The position numbers were made by a program, and so were the translations under genes. The notes beneath the pieces are model-generated. The model saw only the letters and a list, made by a program, of their open reading frames with translations, made no database searches and was not told the DNA's origin. A DNA stretch of 64,000 bases from Caulobacter sp. (GTDB taxonomy: Bacteria; Pseudomonadota; Alphaproteobacteria; Caulobacterales; Caulobacteraceae): NCBI RefSeq assembly GCF_017744445.1, contig NZ_JAGIBH010000007.1:118358-182357 (forward strand). The letters are read 5' to 3'. This document shows, in pieces, positions 40,046 to 48,599 of this stretch (the stretch's first letter is position 1; every line of letters begins with the position of its first letter).

Positions 40046-40483
40046 TTGACCGACCAGGTTTCGCCGGCCCAGCGGGCCGAGACCCTCGCCAAGGCTTGGG
40101 AAAAGGCCGAGTGGCCGCACGAGGCGCCGGTGCTGCGCGCCATCGCCATGCCGTCCGACACCAACCCCGAAGGCGACATCTTCGGCGGCTGGCTGCTGTC
40201 GCAGATGGACTTGGCGGCCGCCTCGATCGCCTTCCACCGCGCGGCCGGCCGCTGCGCCACCATCGCCGTCGACAGCATGACCTTCATCAGCCCCGTCCTG
40301 GTCGGCGACGAGGTCAGCCTGTTCGCCCGCATCGTCCACACCGGCCGCACCTCGCTGAAGGTCCAGGTCGAGGCCTGGCGCCGCCGCCGCGACGCCGAAC
40401 AGGCCCACAAGGTCACCGAAGGCGTCTTCACCTTCGTGGCCATCGGCGAAGACCGCAAACCGCGCCCGTTGCCGGTTTTCTAA
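40046..40483 (+). CDS. Acyl-CoA thioesterase (hotdog fold, YciA-like)
   Basis: 145 aa with a TTG start 1 nt after the preceding stop: AMPSDTNPEGDIFGGWLLSQMDLAAASIAFH...ATIAVDSMTFISPVLVGDEV. Confidence 0.85.
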   Translation: MTDQVSPAQRAETLAKAWEKAEWPHEAPVLRAIAMPSDTNPEGDIFGGWLLSQMDLAAASIAFHRAAGRCATIAVDSMTFISPVLVGDEVSLFARIVHTGRTSLKVQVEAWRRRRDAEQAHKVTEGVFTFVAIGEDRKPRPLPVF

Positions 40484-40980
40484 AGGCGCGCCGCCGCGGC
40501 TTCACGCGGCGGGCCGCTGAAGGTGGAAAGGGACGCGGAGCGCCGGACAGCGTCCGGAGTGTTTGAATAGAATACCGTTTCGACGAAGCCTGACGCTCCG
40601 CGCGGTCGTTGTTCGCCAGCGTCCCGGGAAGGTGGCCCTATTCAGGCCTTACCGGGATCCGGGCGCTTCCGTTTCCGGAAAAGCCCGGTGATCAGGGAGG
40701 GACGAACCCTTTCCCCCAACCACGCCGACGGCGGGCGGGCCTGGCAGCGAACCAGGTCCCCGGACCGTCCGAGTATCCCCCTCGGACCTTCACCGCTCGA
40801 CCACACCCCGCCGCCACGTTTGGTCGCTGGCCACGCGCCCTTTCCTCGCGACGAGGTGGCATCATTGTCCAGCAGATCTGAGTGCGGATCATTCAGGGCT
40901 GCGTAATATCGACAAGGTGTTGATTTTGCTGAAGTCGACCTCGCGAATTCCGAGCGCATAGGCGGCCCAACGCCCATAAA

Positions 40981-41117
40981 GCTCCCTCTCTCTTGGAGAG
41001 AGGGTTGGGGTGAGAGGTTACGAGGTTCGACGGCGTGCCGGCACTCCGGTTACCGCTGTAACCTCTCACCCTCCCACGCTTCGCGCGGGCCCCTCCCTCT
41101 CTCTATGAGAGAGGGAT
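40981..41117. repeat. Composite palindromic repeat, family B, copy 1
   Basis: The element is: hairpin CCCTCTCTC-TTG-GAGAGAGGG; inverted pair GGGGTGAGAGGTTAC ... GTAACCTCTCACCC; hairpin CCCTCTCTC-TAT-GAGAGAGGG. Its right half is ~85% identical by eye to the reverse complement of 48931-48990. Confidence 0.75.
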
Positions 41118-41220
41118 CTCATGGCGAGCCCTGCGACCGCTACCACCCGCGCGCGAAGCGACGCTGTGACGCGGTGCAAAAAGCTTCCGTAGGGTAGACT
41201 CCGTTAGGGTCTGGCGTGTT

Positions 41221-41237
41221 ATGTTGCGATGCAACAT
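41221..41237. promoter_or_regulatory. Palindrome ATGTTGC-GAT-GCAACAT upstream of phaZ (candidate PhaR-type operator)
   Basis: 7+3+7 inverted repeat, 13 nt upstream of the phaZ ATG. It contains a TGC-N3-GCA core. Confidence 0.4.
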
Positions 41238-41249
41238 CGCGGATGCGCC

Positions 41250-42512
41250 ATGCTCTACGCCATGCATGAGGCGGCTTATTACGCCTCCACTCCGATGCGC
41301 CTCGCGGCGCTGGCGGCCCGGGACTTCTGGGGATCGCCGTTGAACCCGGCCGCGGACTCGGCCCTGGGGCGCCGCATGCACGCGGGCGCGGACCTGTTCG
41401 CCAACGTCACCCGGCGCTACGGCAAGCCGAAGTGGAACATCGACACGGTCAAGATCGGCCAGGTCGATGTCCGCGTGCGTGAGACCGTGGTCTGGCAAAG
41501 CCCCTGGGCGCGCGTGATCCAGTTCGATCGCGACATGGCCGACATGCGCCGGGCCGGCAAGTTCAGCCTGGACCCCGCCGTGCTGATCGTCGCGCCCCTT
41601 TCCGGTCACTACGCCACCCTGCTGCGTGGCACGGTCGAGGCGTTCCTGCCCGATCACTCGGTGTTCATCGTCGACTGGATCAACGCTCGCAACGTCTCGG
41701 TGCTGGAAGGCCGTTTCGACTTCCACGACTATATCGACCACATCATCCAGATGCTGGCCGTGCTGGGTCCGCGTCCGAACGTCGTGGCCGTCTGCCAGCC
41801 CGGCCCGCCGGTCCTGGCCGCCGCCGCCCTGATGGCCGAGCAGGATCATCCCTCGCGCCCGGCCAGCATGACCTTCATGGGTTCGCCGATCGACGCACGC
41901 CTGTCGCCGACCGTGACCAACCAGCTGGCCGAGGAAAAGCCGTTCACCTGGTTCCAGTCGAACATGATCTACACGGTGCCGCCGCCCTATCCGGGCGCGG
42001 GCCGGCGCGTCTATCCGGGCTTCGTCCAGCTGGCCAGCTTCATGAGCATGAACGCCGAGCGCCACCAGGAGGCCCACCGCCGCTACTTCACCGACCTGGT
42101 GAAGGGCGACGGCGACAGCGCCGACAAGCACCTGGAGTTCTACGACGAATATCTGTCGGTCCTGGACCTGACGGAGGAGTTCTATCTCCAGACCATCGAC
42201 ATCGTCTTCCAGCAGTACCTGCTGCCCAAGGGCGAGCTGATGCATCGCGGCGTGCGGGTAAAGCCCGAAGCCATCACCGACATCGGCCTGATGACGGTCG
42301 AGGGCGAGAACGACGACATCTCCGGCATCGGCCAGACCCAGGCCGCCCACGGCCTGTGCTCGAACATCCCAGGCAACCTGAAGCTGGACTATGTGCAGCC
42401 CGGCGTCGGCCACTACGGCGTGTTCAACGGTCGCCGCTTCCGCGAGGAGATCTATCCGCGCGTGCGCAAGTTCATCCGCAAGTGCGACCCGCACTTCGAG
42501 GAAGAGGCTTAG
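41250..42512 (+). CDS. phaZ: Intracellular poly(3-hydroxybutyrate) depolymerase
   Basis: 420 aa from the ATG at 41250. MLYAMHEAAYYASTPMRL ... APLSGHYATLLRGTVEAFLPDHSVFIVDWINAR ... VCQPGPPVLAA ... TVEGENDDISGIGQT parallels the Cupriavidus PhaZa1 sequence as I recall it, which starts MLYQLHE. Confidence 0.9.
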   Translation: MLYAMHEAAYYASTPMRLAALAARDFWGSPLNPAADSALGRRMHAGADLFANVTRRYGKPKWNIDTVKIGQVDVRVRETVVWQSPWARVIQFDRDMADMRRAGKFSLDPAVLIVAPLSGHYATLLRGTVEAFLPDHSVFIVDWINARNVSVLEGRFDFHDYIDHIIQMLAVLGPRPNVVAVCQPGPPVLAAAALMAEQDHPSRPASMTFMGSPIDARLSPTVTNQLAEEKPFTWFQSNMIYTVPPPYPGAGRRVYPGFVQLASFMSMNAERHQEAHRRYFTDLVKGDGDSADKHLEFYDEYLSVLDLTEEFYLQTIDIVFQQYLLPKGELMHRGVRVKPEAITDIGLMTVEGENDDISGIGQTQAAHGLCSNIPGNLKLDYVQPGVGHYGVFNGRRFREEIYPRVRKFIRKCDPHFEEEA

Positions 42513-42527
42513 TTCCCCTCATCCGAC

Positions 42528-42621
42528 CATCCCCGCGAAAGCGGGGACCCAAGCGGCCTTGCGGGCTTGGATGCGGCGCGAACTCACGGACTCGGCTTGG
42601 GTCCCCGCTTTCGCGGGGATG
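42528..42621. repeat. Intergenic inverted-repeat element, family A, copy 3
   Basis: The arms are CATCCCCGCGAAAGCGGGGACCCAAGC ... GCTTGGGTCCCCGCTTTCGCGGGGATG. A GANTC site (GACTC, 42589-42593) abuts the right arm. It starts 16 nt after the phaZ stop. Confidence 0.9.
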
Positions 42622-42680
42622 ATCGTGGTGGGGTGAAGCAGCCTTGCGAGGTGGGACGATACACCCGATCTTAGGGCTCG

Positions 42681-43415
42681 ATGTTCGCGCTCAAGGCCCA
42701 ACGTTTTTCCGACGGTGATCGACTGGAGATCGGCGGTTGGCCCGTTCGCCTGAAGGTGGACGGCCGGGCGCGGCGCATTTCGCTGCGCGTCGACCGGGCC
42801 AAGTCCGAGATCGTCGCCCTGTCGCCCACCGCTCGCCGCCTGAACGAGGCCGTCGCCTTCGCCCAGGAGAAGTCCGGCTGGATCGCCAAGCAGCTGGCGG
42901 CCCTGCCCGAGCGGATGAGCCTGGCGCCGGGCGGGGTCCTGCGCCTGAACGGCGTTCCCTATCGCCTGGAGGTCGGGCCGGGCCGCGCCCGCATCGACGG
43001 CGCCAATCCTGAGGGACCGCGCATCGTCGCGCCCGATGACGCCAACTGGGGGATGAAGGTCGTGCGCCTGGCCAAGCGCGAGGCCCTGGCGATCCTCACT
43101 GAACGCACCGCCGTCCACGCCGCCGCCCTCAACCGGCCGATGCCGTCGGTGGCCGTCGCCGATCCTAAGGCCCGCTGGGGCTCGTGCCGCCCGGCGACGC
43201 CGCGCACGCCGGCGGCGATCCGCTACAGCTGGCGACTGATCCTGGCCCCGGCGGCGGTGGCCGACTATGTCGTCGCCCACGAGTGCGCCCACCTGATCGA
43301 GGCCAATCACGGGCCCCGGTTCTGGGCGCTGTGCGAAGAGCTGGTGGGGGATCCCGCGCCGCATCGGGCCTGGTTGCGGGCGCACGCGGCCGAGCTGCAC
43401 GCGATCGGGGCTTAG
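42681..43415 (+). CDS. YgjP-like (DUF45, M48-related) metal-dependent hydrolase
   Basis: 244 aa. RISLRVDRAKSEIVALSP ... RWGSCRP ... IRYSWRLILAPAAVADYVVAHECAHLIEANHGPRFW contains the HExxH motif. Confidence 0.85.
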   Translation: MFALKAQRFSDGDRLEIGGWPVRLKVDGRARRISLRVDRAKSEIVALSPTARRLNEAVAFAQEKSGWIAKQLAALPERMSLAPGGVLRLNGVPYRLEVGPGRARIDGANPEGPRIVAPDDANWGMKVVRLAKREALAILTERTAVHAAALNRPMPSVAVADPKARWGSCRPATPRTPAAIRYSWRLILAPAAVADYVVAHECAHLIEANHGPRFWALCEELVGDPAPHRAWLRAHAAELHAIGA

Positions 43416-43488
43416 CACTGTCGCGTAACGCGGGTATTTAAAATCTCCTCTTCCGGGTGTACTGGGATGGTGCAGCCGGGGGGCGAAG

Positions 43489-44136
43489 ATGACCAAGAGC
43501 CGTTCGAACGTGGAGCGCTGGTCGCATAGCGTTGCGATCCTGGTGCTGGGCGTCGTGTTTCCGATCCTGGTGCTGATCCAGGCCTATGGCGCGCTCTCGA
43601 AGCTGACGCCCGCGATCGTGGGTTGGCGAGACGGCAACGGCGCCGAGGAGATCTTCGCCAAGGTTCAGCCTCAGCTCAAATCGGCCAACGACTACGCGCT
43701 CTATACGGTGATGCGGCTGGAGGCGACCAACAACGCGGTCGTCACCAACAAGCAGATCATGAAGGTCGTGATCATGCACCTGGGCTTCGCCGTCGTCAGC
43801 GTGGGCTTGATGTTCATCGTGCTGGGCATCGAGACCAAGGTGGGCGGCGGCGAGGGCGTCATCGAGGCGGTGGGCTTGAAGGTGGACTTCAGGACGGCCT
43901 CTACCGGCGTCCTGGTCTTCGTCGTCGGCGCGACCATGGTCACGCTCGGCGGCGTGCTGCGCAACGAATACAGCACCGTTGGGGTGCCGGGCTATGTCAC
44001 GACGGCCGGGCCGGACGCCAAGGCCCAGGAGAGTCTGGCGCGGTTCAAGTTCTGCGAAAAGAACCACCCTCCGGAGGATTTGGCCGCCTGTTTCGCGCCC
44101 AGCTATTACGAGATCAACGAGGAGGCGCTGAAATGA
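43489..44136 (+). CDS. Hypothetical 3-TM membrane protein (atypical codon usage)
   Basis: 215 aa with three hydrophobic segments and a C-terminal soluble tail with 2 Cys. I recognise no family. A/T-ending codons are visibly enriched relative to neighbours. Confidence 0.55.
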   Translation: MTKSRSNVERWSHSVAILVLGVVFPILVLIQAYGALSKLTPAIVGWRDGNGAEEIFAKVQPQLKSANDYALYTVMRLEATNNAVVTNKQIMKVVIMHLGFAVVSVGLMFIVLGIETKVGGGEGVIEAVGLKVDFRTASTGVLVFVVGATMVTLGGVLRNEYSTVGVPGYVTTAGPDAKAQESLARFKFCEKNHPPEDLAACFAPSYYEINEEALK

Positions 44137-44492
44137 GGCGTCTGGCCTGGATGGCCGCGGTCGCGGTCACGGCGTTCGCGACGCAGGCGGCGGCGCAAGG
44201 TCCTTTCGGCCCGCGCAGCGAAGCTTGCTATGTCTCCCTGGAGAAAGACCTCAAGCTCAGCCGGAGCGACTACCACTGTTGGGTGAACTCCAAGCGCGTG
44301 TGTCAGTGCGATCCGCGCGAAGGCGTCATCGGCAAGGAGCCCGTCACGACCACGCCGACGGACGGAGGGTGGAACCTGCATCCGTTGTCGCCGCGTTCGG
44401 ATTTTGAGGCGTCCGAGAAGAACCTCGCCGTGACGCCGAGGCTCTCCAAGGACCTTTCCAAAGTCGCCGGGCGCAAGGCCGCCCGGGACTAG
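44133..44492 (+). CDS. Hypothetical small secreted Cys-containing protein, translationally coupled to 43489-44136
   Basis: ATG at 44133 overlaps the upstream stop (ATGA). The signal peptide is MRRLAWMAAVAVTAFATQAAAQG. The mature part has four Cys (CYVS, HCW, CQC). It is in frame with track ORF 43623-44492. Confidence 0.5.
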   Translation: MRRLAWMAAVAVTAFATQAAAQGPFGPRSEACYVSLEKDLKLSRSDYHCWVNSKRVCQCDPREGVIGKEPVTTTPTDGGWNLHPLSPRSDFEASEKNLAVTPRLSKDLSKVAGRKAARD

Positions 44493-46450
44493 TAGGGCAG
44501 CTGATCCGCCGGCGGCGTGGTCCCGGCGGGCGTCTCGGCCGCGGGGCCTTCGGGCGTCGGGGTCGGGTTGATCAGGTCGCCGATCGGGTCCGTCGGCGCG
44601 ACCGGCGGGGGCTCGACGACGCCGCCTGGGATCGGGGTGGCTTTCAGGCGGGGCAGGGCGGCGGCCATGAAGGTGCGCCAGACCTCGGCCGGGGCGCCGC
44701 CGCCGGTGACCCGCTTCATCGGGGTGTTGTCGTCCTTGCCGGTCCAGACGGCGGTGACGAAGCCGCCGGTGTAGCCGACGAACCAGGCGTCCTTGTAGTC
44801 GCTGGTCGTGCCGGTCTTGCCGGCGATGTCGTAGCCGGCGACCTTGGCGCGGGCTCCGGTGCCCGAGGCGACGACCTCGCGCATCATCTGGTTCATGTAC
44901 TGCAGGGCCGGCGAGCCGATCACGGCCGCGCGGGCGGTCTTCTCGACGCCGTGGTCGTAGAGGACCTTGCCGCTGGCGGTGCGGATGCGCTCGATGCCGT
45001 AGCCCTTGGCCAGGAAGCCGCCGTTCGAGAACGGGGCGTAGGCCTGGGCCATCTCCATGGGGCTGACCTCGACCGCGCCCAGGGCCATCGACGGGTCCAG
45101 CTGGATCTTGGAGGTGATGCCCAGGCGGCGCGCGGTGGCGGCGACGTTGCTGGTGCCGACCTCGTTGGCCAGGCGCGCGGCGACGGTGTTGATCGACTGG
45201 GCCAGGCCCGTCTGCAGGGTCATCGGACCCAGGTACTTGTTGGTGTAATTGCGCGGCTCCCAATTGCCGATCTTGACCGGCTCGTCGACGACCATGACCG
45301 ACGGATTGCGGCCGGCCTCCATGGCGGTCAGGTAGACGAACGGCTTGAAGGCCGAGCCGGCTTGGCGGCGGGCGGTGGTGGCGCGGTCGAACTGGCTGTC
45401 GGAATAGTCGGCGCCGCCGACATAGGCGCGGATGCGGCCTTCGCCGTCGATGGCGACCAGCGCGGCCTGCTGCACGCCCTGGGCTCCGTGACCCTCGACG
45501 CCCAGCTTCACGGCGCGCTCGGCCGAGACCTGGATCGGCAGGTCCAGCGTGGTCTCCACGACCAGGTCCTCGGTCGGTTCGCCGACCAGCGAGCGGACCT
45601 GGGCGTCGATATAGTCGGTGAAGTACTGGGCGCGCTGGTTGGCCAGGGTGGCCGAGACCTGCACCGGCGTCTTGAAGGCTTCGTCGCGCTCCTCGGCGGT
45701 GATGGCCTTGATGCGCACCATCTCGTCCAGGACGATCGTGGCGCGGCGGGCGGCGCGTTCCTTGGCCGAGACCGGCGAGTAGCGGGCGGGGCCCTTCATC
45801 ATGCCGGCCAGCAGGGCCGACTCGCCGATGGTCAGCTCCTTGGCGGGCTTGTTGAAATAGCGCTGCGAGGCGGCCTCGATGCCGTAGGCGCCGGCGCCGA
45901 AATAGACCCGGTTCATATACAGGGCCAGGATCTGCTTCTTGCTGAACTTCAGCTCCAGCCAGACGGCCAGGATCAGTTCCTGAGCCTTGCGGCGATAGTT
46001 CTGGGCCGGGCTCAGGAACAGGTTGCGGGCCAGCTGCTGGGTGATGGTCGAGCCGCCGCGCTGGGGACCGTCATGGGTGGCGTTCCACGCCAGCGAGCGG
46101 ATGATGCCCCAGGGGTTGAAGCCCAGGTGGTGATAGAACTGGCGGTCCTCGATCGCCACGAACGCGGCCGGCACGTATTTGGGCAGGGCGTCGATATCGA
46201 CCGGCGGCGCGTACTGGCTGCCGCGTACCGCGAGCAAGGCGCCGGAGCGGTCCAGATAATTGATCGAGGGCTGGCGCTTGACGTCGTACAGCTTGGACGT
46301 GTCGGGCAGGTCGCTGGCGAACACCGCGAAGAAGGCGACGACGAAGATCAGGCCCCAGACGCCCAGGACCGTGCCCCAATAGACCAGGGCCTGGAGCGGG
46401 GTGCGCTGCGGCTTGGCCGCCTTGTTCCCGCCGAAGGGTCCGTTCGCCAT
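44489..46450 (-). CDS. Class A penicillin-binding protein (bifunctional glycosyltransferase/transpeptidase, PBP1A family)
   Basis: The track ORF is trimmed to the ATG at 46450 (653 aa). GT51 motifs are AFVAIEDRQFYHHLGFNP, RGGSTITQQLARN and RKAQELILAVWLE. Transpeptidase motifs are SAFKPF (SxxK), a SxN region and KTGTT. Confidence 0.92.
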   Translation of the reverse strand: MANGPFGGNKAAKPQRTPLQALVYWGTVLGVWGLIFVVAFFAVFASDLPDTSKLYDVKRQPSINYLDRSGALLAVRGSQYAPPVDIDALPKYVPAAFVAIEDRQFYHHLGFNPWGIIRSLAWNATHDGPQRGGSTITQQLARNLFLSPAQNYRRKAQELILAVWLELKFSKKQILALYMNRVYFGAGAYGIEAASQRYFNKPAKELTIGESALLAGMMKGPARYSPVSAKERAARRATIVLDEMVRIKAITAEERDEAFKTPVQVSATLANQRAQYFTDYIDAQVRSLVGEPTEDLVVETTLDLPIQVSAERAVKLGVEGHGAQGVQQAALVAIDGEGRIRAYVGGADYSDSQFDRATTARRQAGSAFKPFVYLTAMEAGRNPSVMVVDEPVKIGNWEPRNYTNKYLGPMTLQTGLAQSINTVAARLANEVGTSNVAATARRLGITSKIQLDPSMALGAVEVSPMEMAQAYAPFSNGGFLAKGYGIERIRTASGKVLYDHGVEKTARAAVIGSPALQYMNQMMREVVASGTGARAKVAGYDIAGKTGTTSDYKDAWFVGYTGGFVTAVWTGKDDNTPMKRVTGGGAPAEVWRTFMAAALPRLKATPIPGGVVEPPPVAPTDPIGDLINPTPTPEGPAAETPAGTTPPADQLPY

Positions 46451-46635
46451 GGTCGTCCTTGAATTCCTGAAATGCCGCGCGGACGCGCGTGCTGGCACAC
46501 GTTCCGTTTAGCCGAAGCCCACAGAACGCGCGACAAGATTGACGAGAAGTGAACGCGCCATGCGGCGCTCTTGTGGCAGCGGTTTCTTGGCGCCATGTTG
46601 CCACCTGGAATTGAGGAAACAAACGGCGAACGACC

Positions 46636-48552
46636 ATGGCGTTTCTGGCCGCGTCCGAGGATCCACCGTCACGCTTGGCCTCGCCGCTCCGGGCTGCCAA
46701 AAGAGCGCCCGTGTACGTTCCTCCCGAATCCCCCGAACTCGACCACGCCCGCGACGTTCTGCGGCGCACGTTTGGCCATGCCGACTTCCGGGGCATGCAG
46801 GCCGGGGTGATCAACGAGATCCTGGCCGGCCACAGCGCCATGGCCGTGCTGCCCACCGGCGGCGGCAAGTCGCTGTGCTATCAGATCCCGTCGCTGATCC
46901 GGCCGGGCGTGGGCCTGGTGATCTCGCCGCTGATCGCCCTGATGGCCGACCAGGTCCAGGGGCTGCGCCAGGCGGGCGTGGCGGCCGAGCGGCTGGACAG
47001 CAACGTCTCGATGGAGGAGCGCGGCGACATCTGGCGGCGCATCGACGCCGGCGAGGTCGACATGCTGTACCTGTCGCCCGAAGGCCTGATGCAGCCGTGG
47101 ATGCTGGACCGCCTCTCGCGCACGCCGCTGGCTTTGATCGCCGTCGACGAGGCGCACTGCGTCAGCCAGTGGGGCCACGATTTCCGGCCCGAATACCGCA
47201 TGATGGGGCGCCTCGCCGAACTGTTCCCCGACATCCCGCGCCTGGCGGTCACCGCCACCGCCGACGCCCGGACCCGCGACGACATCCGCGCCGAACTGCG
47301 CCTGCAGGGCGCGGCCGAGTTCGTCGACAGCTTCGCCCGCCCCGAGCTGGCGCTGAGCGCCGAGCGCAAGCGCGGCAAGGGTCATGACCGGGTGGTCGAG
47401 CTGGTGCTGGAGCGCCCCGGCCGCGCCGGCGTCGTCTATGCCGGCAGCCGTGACTCGACCGAGAAGCTGGCCGAGAAGCTCAACGCCGAAGGCATCCCGG
47501 CGCTGGCCTATCACGCCGGCCTCGACAAGGCCGTCCGCGCTCGCCGCCTGGAGGAGTTCCTCGAGGCCGACGCGGCGGTGATGGTGGCGACGATCGCGTT
47601 CGGCATGGGCGTCGACAAGCCCGACGTTCGTTACGTGATCCACGCCGATCCGCCGGCCGCCATCGAGGCCTATTGGCAGGAGGTCGGCCGCGCCGGGCGC
47701 GACGGCCAGCCGGCCGAGGGCATCACCCTGTACGGCTCGGCCGACATGGCCTGGGCGGGGCGTCGCATCGAGACCAAGGACGCGCCCGACGAGGTCAAGC
47801 AGGCCCAGAACCGCAAGCTGCGGCAGTTCTACGCCATGCTGGAAGGCGTCACCTGCCGCGCCGCCGCCGTCCGCCGGTATTTCGGCGAGGAGGGCGTGGC
47901 CCGTTGCGGGGTCTGCGACGTATGTGTCTCGCCGCCGACCGGGGTCGAGGCCACCGAGGCCGCCCAGAAGGCGCTGTCGGCCGTCCACCGCATGGGCGGC
48001 CGCTATGGGCGCGGGCGGATCATCGAGCACCTGATGGGCAAGACCAAGGACGTCACGCCCCAGGAGGCCCAGCTGCCGACCTTCGGCATCGGCCGCGAGT
48101 TCAGCCAGCCGACCTGGCGCGACCTGTTCGACACCCTGATCTTCGAGGGACTGCTGCGCGAGGACCCCAATGACGGCCGGCCGCTGATCGGGCTGGGCGA
48201 TGTCGAGGGCGTGCGGCAGGTCTATCGCGGCGAACGCAAGGTCGCCCTGCGCCAGGCCGCCGAGGCCCCGGAGACCGGCCGCGCCAGCACGGCCCGCAAG
48301 CGCCGCGAGGGCAAGGCCCTGACCATCCCGCTGGAAAACCAGATGCTGTTCGAGGCCCTGCGCGCCTGGCGCAAGGAGCAGGCCCAGGCCCAGCACGTGC
48401 CGCCCTATGTCATCTTCCACGACGCCACCCTGGCCGAGATCGCTGCCGCGCGTCCGGCGACCCTGGCGGCCCTGGGTAAGTCCGGCGGCGTGGGTCAGGG
48501 CAAGCTGGACCGTTATGGGGAAGCGGTTTTGAAGGTCGTGCGGGAGAACTAA
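46636..48552 (+). CDS. recQ: ATP-dependent DNA helicase RecQ
   Basis: 638 aa: FGHADFRGMQAGVINEILAGHSAMAVLPTGGGKSLCYQIP, DEAHCVSQWGHDFRPEY, a Zn-binding cluster (CRAAAVRRYFGE...CGVCDVC), and an HRDC-like C-terminus (VPPYVIFHDATLAEIA). Confidence 0.94.
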   Translation: MAFLAASEDPPSRLASPLRAAKRAPVYVPPESPELDHARDVLRRTFGHADFRGMQAGVINEILAGHSAMAVLPTGGGKSLCYQIPSLIRPGVGLVISPLIALMADQVQGLRQAGVAAERLDSNVSMEERGDIWRRIDAGEVDMLYLSPEGLMQPWMLDRLSRTPLALIAVDEAHCVSQWGHDFRPEYRMMGRLAELFPDIPRLAVTATADARTRDDIRAELRLQGAAEFVDSFARPELALSAERKRGKGHDRVVELVLERPGRAGVVYAGSRDSTEKLAEKLNAEGIPALAYHAGLDKAVRARRLEEFLEADAAVMVATIAFGMGVDKPDVRYVIHADPPAAIEAYWQEVGRAGRDGQPAEGITLYGSADMAWAGRRIETKDAPDEVKQAQNRKLRQFYAMLEGVTCRAAAVRRYFGEEGVARCGVCDVCVSPPTGVEATEAAQKALSAVHRMGGRYGRGRIIEHLMGKTKDVTPQEAQLPTFGIGREFSQPTWRDLFDTLIFEGLLREDPNDGRPLIGLGDVEGVRQVYRGERKVALRQAAEAPETGRASTARKRREGKALTIPLENQMLFEALRAWRKEQAQAQHVPPYVIFHDATLAEIAAARPATLAALGKSGGVGQGKLDRYGEAVLKVVREN

Positions 48553-48599
48553 TCCCGGTCCCGCGAGTTAGCTTCCGGTCAAGCCGAGGAGCCTCCCCC

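Noticed and set aside
40484-40980. Identification of the ORF-free spacer as RNase P RNA, tmRNA, SRP RNA or a cobalamin/TPP riboswitch
   Set aside because: I checked by eye on both strands. There is no GAGGAAAGTCCGGGC or ACAGAA (RNase P). There is no tag ORF ending in AA-stop and no GGTTCGATTCC...CCACCA end (tmRNA). There is no GGAAGCAGCC (SRP). There is no GCCACTG B12 box and no CTGAGA TPP core. The class remains unknown, so it is reported only as a candidate structured region.
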